Source of the DNA: a virus | Length of the DNA stretch: 39,412 nt | Strand: one strand, 5' to 3' | Virus record (IMG/VR): IMGVR_UViG_3300038313_000213 | Location: 1-39,412 of that record | Part shown: positions 8,736 to 18,486 of the stretch, piece by piece | How the letters are laid out: each line of letters opens with the position of its first letter | Position numbering within the stretch: the first letter of the stretch is position 1 | Translations under genes and position numbers: made by a program | Notes under the pieces: generated by a model | The model's input: the letters and a program-made list of their open reading frames with translations, nothing else | Told to the model about the DNA's origin: nothing | Databases searched by the model: none

Positions 8736-9194
8736 ATGTCAGTATACGAACTTGATAAGGGTAGACATTCTGTCTATACCCTTCACTATCATTTGATCTT
8801 AGTAGTGAAGTACAGAAGGAAAGCCTTATACAACGAAATAATACGGGAAAGGCTCAAAGAAATAATCTATGACCTTGAAAGGAAATGGCAAAATGACCCT
8901 AAAATGAAAATAGAAATTGTTGCTCAAGAGCCTGGAGATGATCACCATCACATTCTTTTTAAAGCCACTCCACAAACTGATTTAGTCAAGGTTATAAACA
9001 GTATCAAGGGGGTAACAGCAAGATACCTCAGACAAGAGTTTCCAGATACTAAAAAATTCCTTTGGGGTGATGCTTTCTGGACTCCTTCATACTTCCTTGC
9101 TACGACAGGGCAAGTTTCTCTTGATGTTTTGAAAGCATATGTAGAATCACAGGAAAGGAAAATATCAGAGCGTATTTCAGAAAACATCGAATAA
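8736..9194 (+). CDS. tnpA: IS200/IS605-family HUH (Y1) transposase
   Basis: HSVYTLHYHLILVVKYRRK, DHHHILF (HUH), FWTPSYF, YVESQ; GAGGAG RBS before ATG 8736. Confidence 0.95.
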   Translation: MSVYELDKGRHSVYTLHYHLILVVKYRRKALYNEIIRERLKEIIYDLERKWQNDPKMKIEIVAQEPGDDHHHILFKATPQTDLVKVINSIKGVTARYLRQEFPDTKKFLWGDAFWTPSYFLATTGQVSLDVLKAYVESQERKISERISENIE

Positions 9195-9287
9195 TACAAG
9201 GATTGATAAAAATGTCGTATATCGTGTACGGATTATTATATGACAGTGAATATCAGCGTTATATAAAATCAAGGGGGAAATAAACAA

Positions 9288-9497
9288 ATGGATAACAAAC
9301 TCATTTCCGTAATATTAGTGATGCTCGGAGCATCAATTCAAATCGGGTCATCAAATTGTTTTATGACAGCATGTGGAAATACACACCACCCGATTTTGTG
9401 GGTGATTGGAATGATTACCGGTGCATGTGTAATGTTTGTCGGGATTCAGATGAGAGATGGGAGATCTTTCCGCAATCTTTTTAAACAAGGGGAATAA
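9288..9497 (+). CDS. Small two-TM membrane protein
   Basis: Two hydrophobic segments; GGGGGAAATAAACAA leader. Confidence 0.65.
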   Translation: MDNKLISVILVMLGASIQIGSSNCFMTACGNTHHPILWVIGMITGACVMFVGIQMRDGRSFRNLFKQGE

Positions 9498-9763
9498 ACT
9501 AATGTACGGACTTGTAAAATTCGGATTCTGCTTTGTAATTGTCACTGAACTTTCACTTCTTTTTTACTGTGCAATTGCATGAAGGTGTGTAACATGGACT
9601 TCATTAAAGCTTGGTTTGTGTCAGTAATAACATTTGGAATTGCAATAACAAGTACATTGGCAGTGATACCATGAAAGAACAGATAATTGCCTTTATTACA
9701 TTTCTAATTTTTGCAATGGTAAACAGTTGTTAAAAAAAAGAAGTTTTCGGGACAATTCCCGAT

Positions 9764-12337
9764 TCATCTTGTTTTTGATTTCCGTTTTGTAGTTCGTTTT
9801 CTAGGTGCTTTTCTTTTTGTAGTTGTTTTTCTCTTCTGTGAGACAGTTTCGCCAAAGAAACTATCCATGTTTCCGAGAACGTTGTGTATAGTGCGTTTCA
9901 TTCTATACATGTCGCGTTCGTTTTCAAGTGTTTCTTCGTTCTTCTTTTTCTTCGATGTTTTTATAATCGGGTTCCGTTCGTTTACCCGGATGATCGGTTC
10001 ATTTCCTCCTGCTTTTGATTCTTTCGGATTCACAACGCGCGTACTTCTTCCTATCGTTGGTTTACTCACATTCGGCTTGCTCGTTGTTTCCATGCTCTTG
10101 CTATTCGTTCCTTTACTGGTTGTGCTCTTACTGGTTGTGCTCTTACTGGTTGTGCTCTTACTTGATGCGCTCTTACTTGATGTGCTCTTGCTCGGTGATG
10201 CCCTGCTCGCGCTCTTACTGCCATAAGACGGCTTGCTGAACGTCCCTTTACTTCCACCTTCAGCAATCTTACTACTTTCCATTTTACTTACTTCATTAAC
10301 AATCAATTCCTTCGATGCACTTGGCACGTAAGCCGTCTTAGACCGCTCAGAAATGCCCCTCGAGATTGCCTTAGACACATTAACCTTATCTGACGAGAAT
10401 ATCAGTTCAAGGTCTTTTGCGGTGCTTGCTCCACGAACCACAGTATTCATTTTCGCAGAATCAATACTACCCGTCATTTTTACGATTTCAGCTTTTCCTG
10501 GCAACTTGCCATTTTCCACTATATATTTAACTATAGGAGATTCCAGTATTGAAGGGTTCTTTTGAGCTCCGATTTTAGCATATGCAATTATATCGTCTGC
10601 AATTCCAAGTTTACCGGTCACTTCATACGCCGTGCCTATTTCTATCAAGTCCCTAACGTCCTTTACACGGCCACCGTGCATGAGCTCAATCTTTCCGTCT
10701 TTAAGTGTTGTGCCACCTGCAAACTTCCTGGCGGCCTGCTCCTGCAGCTTCATCATTTTTACTTTACCGGCTTTTATGGATTTTTTGCCTTTGAACCCGT
10801 AAGCAATACCAGATTCCGACCTATAACCAACACCAACTTCGTTTTCAATTGAAACTTTCGATTGCTTGTTTTTCGAGAAAACCTCAACTCCCTTTTCCCA
10901 TACACCATTCATTTTAAATTCGATTTTCGGCGCGCTTGCTTCTCCGGTTATCTGATAATCAATGCCTTCTTTGTATCCTGCCTTATTCGCGTTCTTCCTG
11001 AAATTCGAAACGAATTTATTTGTATTGCTTACAGACAATTCAATGTCTTTCGGGGATCTGGTAAAGAATCCTTTCATTTGCAATTTTTGGGGTACGGATC
11101 CATAAACCTGTATATCCCCTGTTTTCAGCAACCCACTATAACCGGTTATTGTGTCCTTTACAACACCTTTCATATTTTGTGGTATATGCTCGCTCAGGAT
11201 ATCAAGCGATTTCGGCTTTGTAATTGCCTTACGCTGTTTATACGCGGTTTCAGCAATTGTTTTTCCAGACTTAAAATATGTCTGTTCTGTCGGGTTCATT
11301 TGCTTCATTGTCTCTTCAAATGCCCGTGTGTCAGATTTCCGGAATGCCTGTACCTGCTTGCCTTCGATTGCTTCTTTAGACGCTCCAACTGCACCACGTT
11401 TTATTTTACCGGTTTCCTTCGAATATGATATCAAAGGTCTTTCTTTTACATTCAAAGAATACCCCAGTTTAATGTCCCGTACTGCAGCCGCTTCTCCCGG
11501 TGTAACCTCTTGCAATTTCACGGACTTAACTTTAACCGGTGATGATTTAACCCCAGCTTTCGCAACACGTCCAAGCCCCTCCATTGCAACTAGACTTGTT
11601 ACAAACCGCACTGGATCAGTTTCAAATGACTGAACGACCATACCAGCACCTACCGGTATAGACGGCGCAATTATTCGCGGAGACTGTGCGTACCTTTCCG
11701 CTCCATATGCAATGTGTCCGGCAGCGTTCCCGATGTCCGTAACATCGTACAGCCCCTTCACAACTGACCCGACGACTGGTATATTTTCCGTCGCTTGAGT
11801 TGCTTCAACTGCATATGTTTTCTTTTTCAACCACGTTGAAAGGTCTTTTCCGGAATGATTAATTTCTTTAGCAATGTTCGAGTGCTTGAACTCCTTGGTA
11901 GTGCTAAATCTTTCAACTGCTTCCTTTTGTTTATTTGTAAGTTCTCTTCCTGCAGCAATTGACTTTCCAGCACCGTATAGGTTTTTAGCGTAAGAAGCAA
12001 GGCTTTGTTTATTGTTTTTGGTATTGCCAAAATTCTTTACCTGACTTATAATGCTCCGTGGTTGTCCCACGCTTGCACCCGTAGCAGCAATAGTTACGTT
12101 GCCTGCAGAATCACGCGAAAAGAAATTAGTAGTCTGTCTTTTCGCTTCTTCAATCTTCCTGCTTTGCTCTACTGCAGCAGCGCGTTTCGCTTCCTGCTCC
12201 CTTGCGTATCTGGACCCTGTAGATCCACCTACTATATCTCCTCTTGCGTCCCTGGAAGCTGTGTGTTTCGCGGCGTATCCACTAGCGGCATCAGATACAC
12301 TTACGTGAGTTTTCCCGCTACCATCGACATACGCCAT
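9764..12337 (-). CDS. 857-aa basic protein with a central AbiEii/MenT-like nucleotidyltransferase domain and S/T/K-rich tail; last gene of the structural operon
   Basis: VYGS...RSPKDIE, KGVEVF, EQAARKF and RVKDVRDL motifs; K/R-rich C terminus; coupled to 12342..12584. CDS is certain, domain call is inference. Confidence 0.7.
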   Translation of the reverse strand: MAYVDGSGKTHVSVSDAASGYAAKHTASRDARGDIVGGSTGSRYAREQEAKRAAAVEQSRKIEEAKRQTTNFFSRDSAGNVTIAATGASVGQPRSIISQVKNFGNTKNNKQSLASYAKNLYGAGKSIAAGRELTNKQKEAVERFSTTKEFKHSNIAKEINHSGKDLSTWLKKKTYAVEATQATENIPVVGSVVKGLYDVTDIGNAAGHIAYGAERYAQSPRIIAPSIPVGAGMVVQSFETDPVRFVTSLVAMEGLGRVAKAGVKSSPVKVKSVKLQEVTPGEAAAVRDIKLGYSLNVKERPLISYSKETGKIKRGAVGASKEAIEGKQVQAFRKSDTRAFEETMKQMNPTEQTYFKSGKTIAETAYKQRKAITKPKSLDILSEHIPQNMKGVVKDTITGYSGLLKTGDIQVYGSVPQKLQMKGFFTRSPKDIELSVSNTNKFVSNFRKNANKAGYKEGIDYQITGEASAPKIEFKMNGVWEKGVEVFSKNKQSKVSIENEVGVGYRSESGIAYGFKGKKSIKAGKVKMMKLQEQAARKFAGGTTLKDGKIELMHGGRVKDVRDLIEIGTAYEVTGKLGIADDIIAYAKIGAQKNPSILESPIVKYIVENGKLPGKAEIVKMTGSIDSAKMNTVVRGASTAKDLELIFSSDKVNVSKAISRGISERSKTAYVPSASKELIVNEVSKMESSKIAEGGSKGTFSKPSYGSKSASRASPSKSTSSKSASSKSTTSKSTTSKSTTSKGTNSKSMETTSKPNVSKPTIGRSTRVVNPKESKAGGNEPIIRVNERNPIIKTSKKKKNEETLENERDMYRMKRTIHNVLGNMDSFFGETVSQKRKTTTKRKAPRKRTTKRKSKTR
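10113..10187. repeat. Five tandem 15-bp repeats encoding KS(T/A)(T/S)S pentapeptides
   Basis: TTACTGGTTGTGCTC x3, TTACTTGATGCGCTC, TTACTTGATGTGCTC. Confidence 0.9.
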
Positions 12338-12341
12338 ACTC

Positions 12342-12584
12342 TCACCTTTTCGATACGCTTATTCTTGCCGACGGTGCGTTTTCTTTTATGAGTTTTACGG
12401 CTTTTGCTTTAGTTGCGGCATCCTTCGCGGAATATTTCAGTGAACCAGTGAAACCATATCCACTGCCTCGCTTTGTAATTGCCCCAAGTGTAGCATTGCT
12501 GACCTTTATTCTTTTCTTTGCAATTACAGCGTCCCGTTTTGTTGCTAACGGGCCATAGTTAAACCTTACGGTAATCAGATACAT
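12342..12584 (-). CDS. Small very basic protein, possible virion DNA-binding protein
   Basis: 80 aa, K/R-rich, GGAGG RBS, own TATA-like box near 12630. Confidence 0.7.
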   Translation of the reverse strand: MYLITVRFNYGPLATKRDAVIAKKRIKVSNATLGAITKRGSGYGFTGSLKYSAKDAATKAKAVKLIKENAPSARISVSKR

Positions 12585-12677
12585 TTTCTATAACCTCCAA
12601 AAAACGTTTATACTATAATAATATTAGGCAGTTAAACTATAAAAAAGTAACTTCGTACAAAAAATAAAAAGAAGAAG

Positions 12678-13286
12678 TTAGAACTGGCCTAAAGCCATTT
12701 CAACATCTTCGGTAAAGTCTGGTTCGTCGTCGTCTTTCGTAAAGAACGTGTTTTCTCTCTGCGCCATTATCGGGAAAAACATGTACAGCAGCGATGTAAT
12801 CCACGCGGGGAACATCAACACGTAATAAAATATCTTTACATAGAACGACCGGTCGCTTGACGCGTCCCACGTTTCGCCCACGTTCGTCAAGGTCGTAGCG
12901 TCCAACGCTCCGGTTATCGCATCCATGGCTATTCCATACCCGTTTACTAGGAATATCGAAAACACTGTCCCGATCACCATCATGAACAGATATTCGAAAT
13001 ACGTCTGTGCTGGAATCATTGTCCCCTTCGACCGCTCAAACAGGTATATTATCAGCCCAATTACAACGAAAAACGGAAACGCCTTCCATATACCAAGCGT
13101 CATTTCATAAGTGTCTTTCGTGTCCACCGTAACCATGTCGTCATTTATCATATCGTTAAAAATTTGTATGGGGGTATTGAACGACGCGGAAAACACAATG
13201 TATATTAACCCGAATACAAAAATTGAAGCACCGAGTACGAGTATAGACATCGACCCGGCGCGCTCATCATGTATTAAATTCTTCAT
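12678..13286 (-). CDS. Four-TM virion protein with class III (pilin-like) signal peptide; possible tandem spindle-capsid fold
   Basis: DERAG-SMSILVL N terminus; two hydrophobic helix pairs, each ending in a FP-type motif. Confidence 0.65.
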   Translation of the reverse strand: MKNLIHDERAGSMSILVLGASIFVFGLIYIVFSASFNTPIQIFNDMINDDMVTVDTKDTYEMTLGIWKAFPFFVVIGLIIYLFERSKGTMIPAQTYFEYLFMMVIGTVFSIFLVNGYGIAMDAITGALDATTLTNVGETWDASSDRSFYVKIFYYVLMFPAWITSLLYMFFPIMAQRENTFFTKDDDEPDFTEDVEMALGQF

Positions 13287-13301
13287 ATGTTTACCACTCC
13301 C

Positions 13302-13937
13302 TTAATATCTGTCCCTTCCTAGCATATATAAATTCACTGCAAATGATAATATTATCATCAATATTATAAACGTTTTATACTGTTCCGGAATGAACCCGAT
13401 AACGATGCACCCGATGGTCATCGACACTACCACTGGAATTGTCATGGATTCCTGTCTCTTCCACATCAGCCCAAACGGTAGCAGGAAGAGAATAAGATAT
13501 ATGGATTTGCCCATCAAATTTTCGAATGGCGACACGCTGTTTCCGAGTAACCCTTGCCAATCACCATTTTCTATATTCTCCGTCAGATTTTCAAACTCCT
13601 CTTCCGCAAACTGCCCAACTGTCGTATTTGCAAGCACTCTCGGGACAGTCCCACGCATAAATAATGTTGAACTGTTCCCCGTGGGACTTTCGACAAATAC
13701 CGATACATTGAAATATTCGCCCCCCCCCGGCATAGTGTACGTGTAATAACTATTCGAAGTCGTGCTTTCTACCCCGTCTAAAAAGAAGTGGGCCGTAGTA
13801 AACGCATCGTCCGATGTAAACGAGAAATTGCACGACTGTTCAGCTAATATAGTTCTGTCATTTGCTGTAAGTGTTGGAGCTCCTTGCGCAATTCCAACGA
13901 AACACAGCAAAGCAATTATACAAATTATTTTTTTCAT
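13302..13937 (-). CDS. Secreted, membrane-anchored virion glycoprotein
   Basis: Start reassigned to ATG 13937 (MKKIICIIALLCFVGIAQG signal peptide); N-glycosylation sequons; three C-terminal hydrophobic segments. Confidence 0.75.
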   Translation of the reverse strand: MKKIICIIALLCFVGIAQGAPTLTANDRTILAEQSCNFSFTSDDAFTTAHFFLDGVESTTSNSYYTYTMPGGGEYFNVSVFVESPTGNSSTLFMRGTVPRVLANTTVGQFAEEEFENLTENIENGDWQGLLGNSVSPFENLMGKSIYLILFLLPFGLMWKRQESMTIPVVVSMTIGCIVIGFIPEQYKTFIILMIILSFAVNLYMLGRDRY

Positions 13938-14320
13938 CAGTCCATCCCCTTTGTGCTTCTGCCGGACATGAATTGTATTACTCCCCATATCACTGTAAGG
14001 TTTGCAATTACCTGGATCGCCAGCGCAAAGCTTTCGTTTACTCCAATGTCGGTTAAGTAATTGTAAGGTATTACAAGCACGCCTAGTACGGTTGTAAATA
14101 GTCCAATCGTCTTGAATACCATTGACCAACCATCGAAATCGCTTTGCAAGTCGTCCTCGGCAAGTGTGCCGTCAATTTCAGTTACACCACTTGAAAACTC
14201 ACTGTCGATCTCTTCAATCTCATAAACTTGAATGGGGTTAAATATCCCCGCCTCGTTAATAACCGCACCTGCCAGAGCAAACGCAATTACAAAGAATGCC
14301 AGCTTTTGTGCATTCATCAA
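13937..14320 (-). CDS. Two-TM virion membrane protein
   Basis: Hydrophobic N- and C-terminal segments with an acidic linker; coupled to both neighbours. Confidence 0.75.
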   Translation of the reverse strand: MMNAQKLAFFVIAFALAGAVINEAGIFNPIQVYEIEEIDSEFSSGVTEIDGTLAEDDLQSDFDGWSMVFKTIGLFTTVLGVLVIPYNYLTDIGVNESFALAIQVIANLTVIWGVIQFMSGRSTKGMD

Positions 14321-16716
14321 ATCCCCCCTTCATCTCGCTTCTTATTTATCATGCTCAACACCGCATATACAGTCGCCAGACCCAACCCAACGCCAATCAC
14401 CACGTTTGTAGCATCTCCCATGCTCTCGAATATGTCAAGGTAATAGAACCACCACCCAAGCCCACATATCAGGACCGCGCCCATATGTGCGTCTGCTTTT
14501 CCCCATTGCATTGCAACAACAAAGAAAATCAATACCACAAGCGCAACCATCATATTACCGGTAAATGGTAATGCACTACCAGGGAAATTTATACCATAAT
14601 GCTTTTCAACATCTCCGAAACTGTCATGGTCAATTACCGCTTTTATTATGTAATCCTCGCCGACATAATCCTGCACAGTGAATACATAAGTCATATTTCC
14701 TGCGCCAACTGAGCTAGTTTCCATCACATTCAATGTATTATTATTTGAGTATGTTTGCCCAAGCTCAAAGTATACCGAATTAGTTCCGGTTCCGGTGTCA
14801 TTGTACGTCGCTGTAATTGTCGCATGTGACGAGTTTACCTCACTTTTCACTATCGTTATGTTGCAGATCTCATAAAACTGCGAGTCTGGCAATAACGAAG
14901 TCCCTGTCGCGTCTAAGACGATGAAATAACTGTTTTCAGTCGGGAATATATAATCTGTCTGGTTTATACTTCCATATACTGTATTTATAGCGTATCTTAT
15001 ATTTTCCATCATTTGGAAGCCACATGCCCCATCTGTACCGGTTGTCTGCATTGTAGTGGTTACGTTAGTCCCTGAAATTGTCACATTCGCGCCGTAATAA
15101 CGCTCGAATAAATATTTATCAGTGACAATAAACCGGACATAATGCGGAGAGTAATAAATACCCGAACCATCCGAAGCAATCGGGTCCAGGTAAATGTCCT
15201 TCCGACTTGTCAACGACGGCGACGTGGTGAACGAATAACTATCTGATTTTGTATATCCAGATCTGGCCGCCGACACTGTGTAAGTTTCATTTACAGCAAT
15301 TCCGGACGTATAATAATAATATCCGTTTTCATCTGTCGACAGTGTACCGCTCGTCGTGTCGTTTGCAATTGTCACGACTGCACCATGAATGCCGTCATTT
15401 GTTGATAAATCGCGCACATACCCATAAACACCAGGTTTAGTTAGATCCGGCGTGAAACTAAATATGTGAATCGTGTAATTACTCCAATCTGTAATATTGT
15501 AATCATACGTCATACCGTCCGTCGTCCCGATGCTTGATCCATCAAGCGACACACTGTAATAATTTGATAGACTCGAAAACGTAACCGGTGTTGCATTCAC
15601 ATATTCATTGCCATACAATGATGATATTGTCGCCGTAAACGCATACGGTGTATTAACAAGTGAGTAACTGACATTATACAACCCTCCTCCTGTATCAGTC
15701 ATTATGTACGCAGGTGTACCCGCGTATTTTAAACCACCGTTCATCCCTCCATCGTATATATTCATATTAACGTTTGAAATTGCAGTAAACAGCGCATCTG
15801 GATACTCTATTGGGTCAGTTGATAGTGAATACACAAATATATCATAGTCAAGTTGTGTACTATCCATGTTTAGTTCAACCATGTAAAGCCCATAGTTTTC
15901 ACCGAGAAGTGTTGGGATGCTCCATGTAATGAAATTGGCATAAGTCGAATTTGATAACGTAGTCGTGTTTATTATCCCAGCGTTTGCTGCAGTGAGAGAC
16001 ACCAAGCTTATGGTGTAATCATGATCTGGATGCTGTGCAAGACCCTGTATTCGATACGAACATTCCAACGTTGATTGGAATTCATTCCAAGATGGGTTGA
16101 TGCCTACACATGATTCTGTGCTAATGTCATCTATTATTACATAACATGTAGTCGAGGATAGCCCGGTATTGCCTCTGAAGCCAAACTGTAATTTATATTG
16201 CTCATTGCTGCTGTACAGCGCGTTATTTATTGGTCCTAATGATACCCCATCCTGATATAAGTATACGTCTTCTCCTACTGATACAATCTCAAACACGGTT
16301 TGCCCGATGCTAGTACCTGAATGTGTAAATTCTTTTGTTGCCACTATGTTACCCGCACCATCTACAAGCGACATTGCAAAGGATAGGGTTACCCTGTTAG
16401 CGTACCTGTTGCGAACATTGAAACTTACATAATTCTCATATACAAAGTCGTTCGTTGTGAGTGATTTTATACCGTATTCCTTATCTAATCGGGCATATGC
16501 CCGTAATGAGTGAGATGATGGATAGGCGGTTGGATATTGAATTACACTTATCACCCATTCTGAAGACCCTGAAGCTGTCCAGTAATCAGTATAAACACCA
16601 TTCGGGTATTTTTCTACAGTATCTTTAAACTCGGGAATTGCCAGCGCAGGTGACACAAGACAAACCACACTAATCATCACAGCTAGCATACAAGCTAGTA
16701 TAGAAACATTCTTCAT
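14317..16716 (-). CDS. 799-aa adhesin/receptor-binding protein (functionally analogous to SSV1 VP4/C792)
   Basis: Signal peptide, S/T/Y/N-rich beta domains, carboxypeptidase-regulatory-like repeat (GYVRD...GAVVTI...TDENGYY...YTVSAARSGY), many N-x-S/T, C-terminal TMs. Confidence 0.8.
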   Translation of the reverse strand: MKNVSILACMLAVMISVVCLVSPALAIPEFKDTVEKYPNGVYTDYWTASGSSEWVISVIQYPTAYPSSHSLRAYARLDKEYGIKSLTTNDFVYENYVSFNVRNRYANRVTLSFAMSLVDGAGNIVATKEFTHSGTSIGQTVFEIVSVGEDVYLYQDGVSLGPINNALYSSNEQYKLQFGFRGNTGLSSTTCYVIIDDISTESCVGINPSWNEFQSTLECSYRIQGLAQHPDHDYTISLVSLTAANAGIINTTTLSNSTYANFITWSIPTLLGENYGLYMVELNMDSTQLDYDIFVYSLSTDPIEYPDALFTAISNVNMNIYDGGMNGGLKYAGTPAYIMTDTGGGLYNVSYSLVNTPYAFTATISSLYGNEYVNATPVTFSSLSNYYSVSLDGSSIGTTDGMTYDYNITDWSNYTIHIFSFTPDLTKPGVYGYVRDLSTNDGIHGAVVTIANDTTSGTLSTDENGYYYYTSGIAVNETYTVSAARSGYTKSDSYSFTTSPSLTSRKDIYLDPIASDGSGIYYSPHYVRFIVTDKYLFERYYGANVTISGTNVTTTMQTTGTDGACGFQMMENIRYAINTVYGSINQTDYIFPTENSYFIVLDATGTSLLPDSQFYEICNITIVKSEVNSSHATITATYNDTGTGTNSVYFELGQTYSNNNTLNVMETSSVGAGNMTYVFTVQDYVGEDYIIKAVIDHDSFGDVEKHYGINFPGSALPFTGNMMVALVVLIFFVVAMQWGKADAHMGAVLICGLGWWFYYLDIFESMGDATNVVIGVGLGLATVYAVLSMINKKRDEGGI

Positions 16717-16717
16717 T

Positions 16718-16858
16718 CTAAAGCCTCCTGAACATCAGCCCATCTTTACACTCAGACCAAATTACTTCGGTCCCTTCCTTGATCTTGTGCTTCCTGATTA
16801 AACTCTTTGGAATTGTCACGAGAAACGTTCCGTTACCGTTTGTAAAAACTTTTCCCAA
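16718..16858 (-). CDS. AbrB/MazE/SpoVT-family regulator (46 aa, TTG start); not in the ORF track
   Basis: GKVFTNGNGTFLVTIPKSLIRKHKIKEGTEVIWSECKDGLMFRRL; GGGGTGA RBS. Confidence 0.75.
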   Translation of the reverse strand: MGKVFTNGNGTFLVTIPKSLIRKHKIKEGTEVIWSECKDGLMFRRL

Positions 16859-17063
16859 AAAATCACCCCATGTAATTATATGAAATGTCAATATCACTAT
16901 GTATATTGTTTTCTGAGGATAAATAATTATCTACAGTTGAAAAGAATTTACCGCACATCGTCAGAAAAACAGAATAAAAAGAGTATAATCAAGAAATTAA
17001 CGATTAAAATTTGTTCACACCGTTAACTTCTAAAATTCTTCAAATCGCCTTTTAGATAAATAG

Positions 17064-17990
17064 TTAATAACTCGCGTCACCTGTCCGTTTCCTCTTCGAT
17101 GATTTGGGCAAAGGCAAGTTTGATTGTTCTGCGTGCTTCCGATACGTTTTTGGGTCCAACTCGAACATCGCACATGCTTCTTTCTGTGTATACCCAAGCG
17201 CGATTTGTTCAGCTACGGCAAACACTTTGTCTGAAATCTGCTTGCTCTGTGAAGTTCCCCCCCCTTTCCCTTTACTTTCCTCATCTGCGTTTTCGTATTC
17301 CTCTATTGATCTCTGCCTCATTTCCTCTTCAATGTCATGCCTTCTTTTTTCATATTCACTTCTTAACCATTCCGGCGCGAGCCCGAAATACGTGTAATTG
17401 TAAACGACGCCCTTGTGCCGCACGTATGGGAATATATTTTTCCCGTCATCTTTGTTATACATCTTTCTGACAGTGGACAGTCTACCAAGTGTTATACCTC
17501 TACTGAACCATTTCTGAGCCATGACGATCTTATAATGAAGCAAGTTCCTGGCGATTTTATCCACAAATCCCCTATCCGGCACAGTCATAATTAATAAATT
17601 TTCCTTTGTTCTGAATGTCTGCAGGATCTTAGTCATGACTTCGTTGATATCACTCTGCCAGTTCCTTGCGCTTAACCCCTCTGCTCCAACGTCGTCCAGT
17701 ATGTAAATACCATGCTGTTTTATGCCCTTCGCTATTCTCATTACCTCGTCGCCTGTAAGTATTGCAATATTTTCAATGGTGAAGTAATCTTCCGGCTTAC
17801 CCCCGAGTCTTTCAGCCATAAGCAGAGAAGTACTATGAGACAGATCTAAAGCCGCGTTGCTCTTTCCATCCCCCGTCTTTCCCTCAATTATCATCATGAC
17901 GTGCTGATTGTGGCCGGAGCATATCTTATCACATATCACCTCTGCAAGTGACAATACCCTAGTATCTTTATCAGATTTCAGAGAATGCAT
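17064..17990 (-). CDS. P-loop ATPase with C-terminal HTH (morphogenesis/egress ATPase candidate)
   Basis: Walker A GKTGDGKS, Walker B YILDD, HTH-like LGYTQKEACAMFELDPKTY. Confidence 0.85.
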   Translation of the reverse strand: MHSLKSDKDTRVLSLAEVICDKICSGHNQHVMMIIEGKTGDGKSNAALDLSHSTSLLMAERLGGKPEDYFTIENIAILTGDEVMRIAKGIKQHGIYILDDVGAEGLSARNWQSDINEVMTKILQTFRTKENLLIMTVPDRGFVDKIARNLLHYKIVMAQKWFSRGITLGRLSTVRKMYNKDDGKNIFPYVRHKGVVYNYTYFGLAPEWLRSEYEKRRHDIEEEMRQRSIEEYENADEESKGKGGGTSQSKQISDKVFAVAEQIALGYTQKEACAMFELDPKTYRKHAEQSNLPLPKSSKRKRTGDASY

Positions 17991-18477
17991 TTTCTATTTC
18001 CTCCGACACGTTCTCTTTTCTTTTCGGCTTTCCATCTGCACCATAGAACTTTTCTTCAAGCTCTTTCTTCTTGTCTGCTGGCAACATCGGCATTACATAT
18101 TGTCTTTCGACAATTGCCAGGAAGTCATCACATAGCGTCATGACTTCACCGATTATATCAGTGTTGACATCAAGAACCAAATCGTTGTATTCATCAACGT
18201 CGATGTTTCCGTTATTCTTTTGTTTTTTGAGCTCTGTAATTGCACTAGCCCGCATCTCTTTAAGTCTCACACGTTCGTCTGGATTCGGGATAAAGTTGAT
18301 AATCAATTTAGCCAGGAATTCAACTTTCTTTTGTATATACTCGGGTGCAATTTCCGAGCTCCCGCATACATCAGCGCATTTGTAAAAGGTTTGAAAAAGT
18401 AAATTAGTATACTGAACCTTTGGCGCGACCTTTGCCGCAGGTGTCTGTAAATTAAACGTTGAATCTTCGTCGCCCAT
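17971..18477 (-). CDS. Hypothetical protein
   Basis: 168-aa ORF, GAGGTGA RBS, in operon. Confidence 0.75.
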   Translation of the reverse strand: MGDEDSTFNLQTPAAKVAPKVQYTNLLFQTFYKCADVCGSSEIAPEYIQKKVEFLAKLIINFIPNPDERVRLKEMRASAITELKKQKNNGNIDVDEYNDLVLDVNTDIIGEVMTLCDDFLAIVERQYVMPMLPADKKKELEEKFYGADGKPKRKENVSEEIENAFSEI

Positions 18478-18486
18478 GCCGTCACC

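Larger units (their letters stand above)
7978..9194 (+). mobile_element. IS200/IS605-family left end, cargo ORFs and tnpA; no right end or tnpB found
   Basis: Subterminal hairpin CCCCTTCC-TTTA-GGGAGGGG (8008..8027); guide AAGA predicts TTxT, and TTAT lies at 7974..7977; tnpA downstream. Confidence 0.65.

Noticed and set aside
10113-10187. Tandem repeats as a CRISPR array
   Set aside because: Contiguous 15-bp units with no spacers; in-frame coding repeats of the 857-aa protein
9867-12391. Plus-strand ORFs (e.g. 9867..10226, 10862..11428, 11151..11633)
   Set aside because: Antisense shadows of the 857-aa gene; the Leu/Val runs mirror the KSTTS repeat; no RBS or motifs
14317-16716. Pleolipovirus spike protein, i.e. 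a pleolipovirus genome
   Set aside because: The two small hairpin capsid-like paralogues and the gene order favour a spindle-shaped virus; not fully excluded
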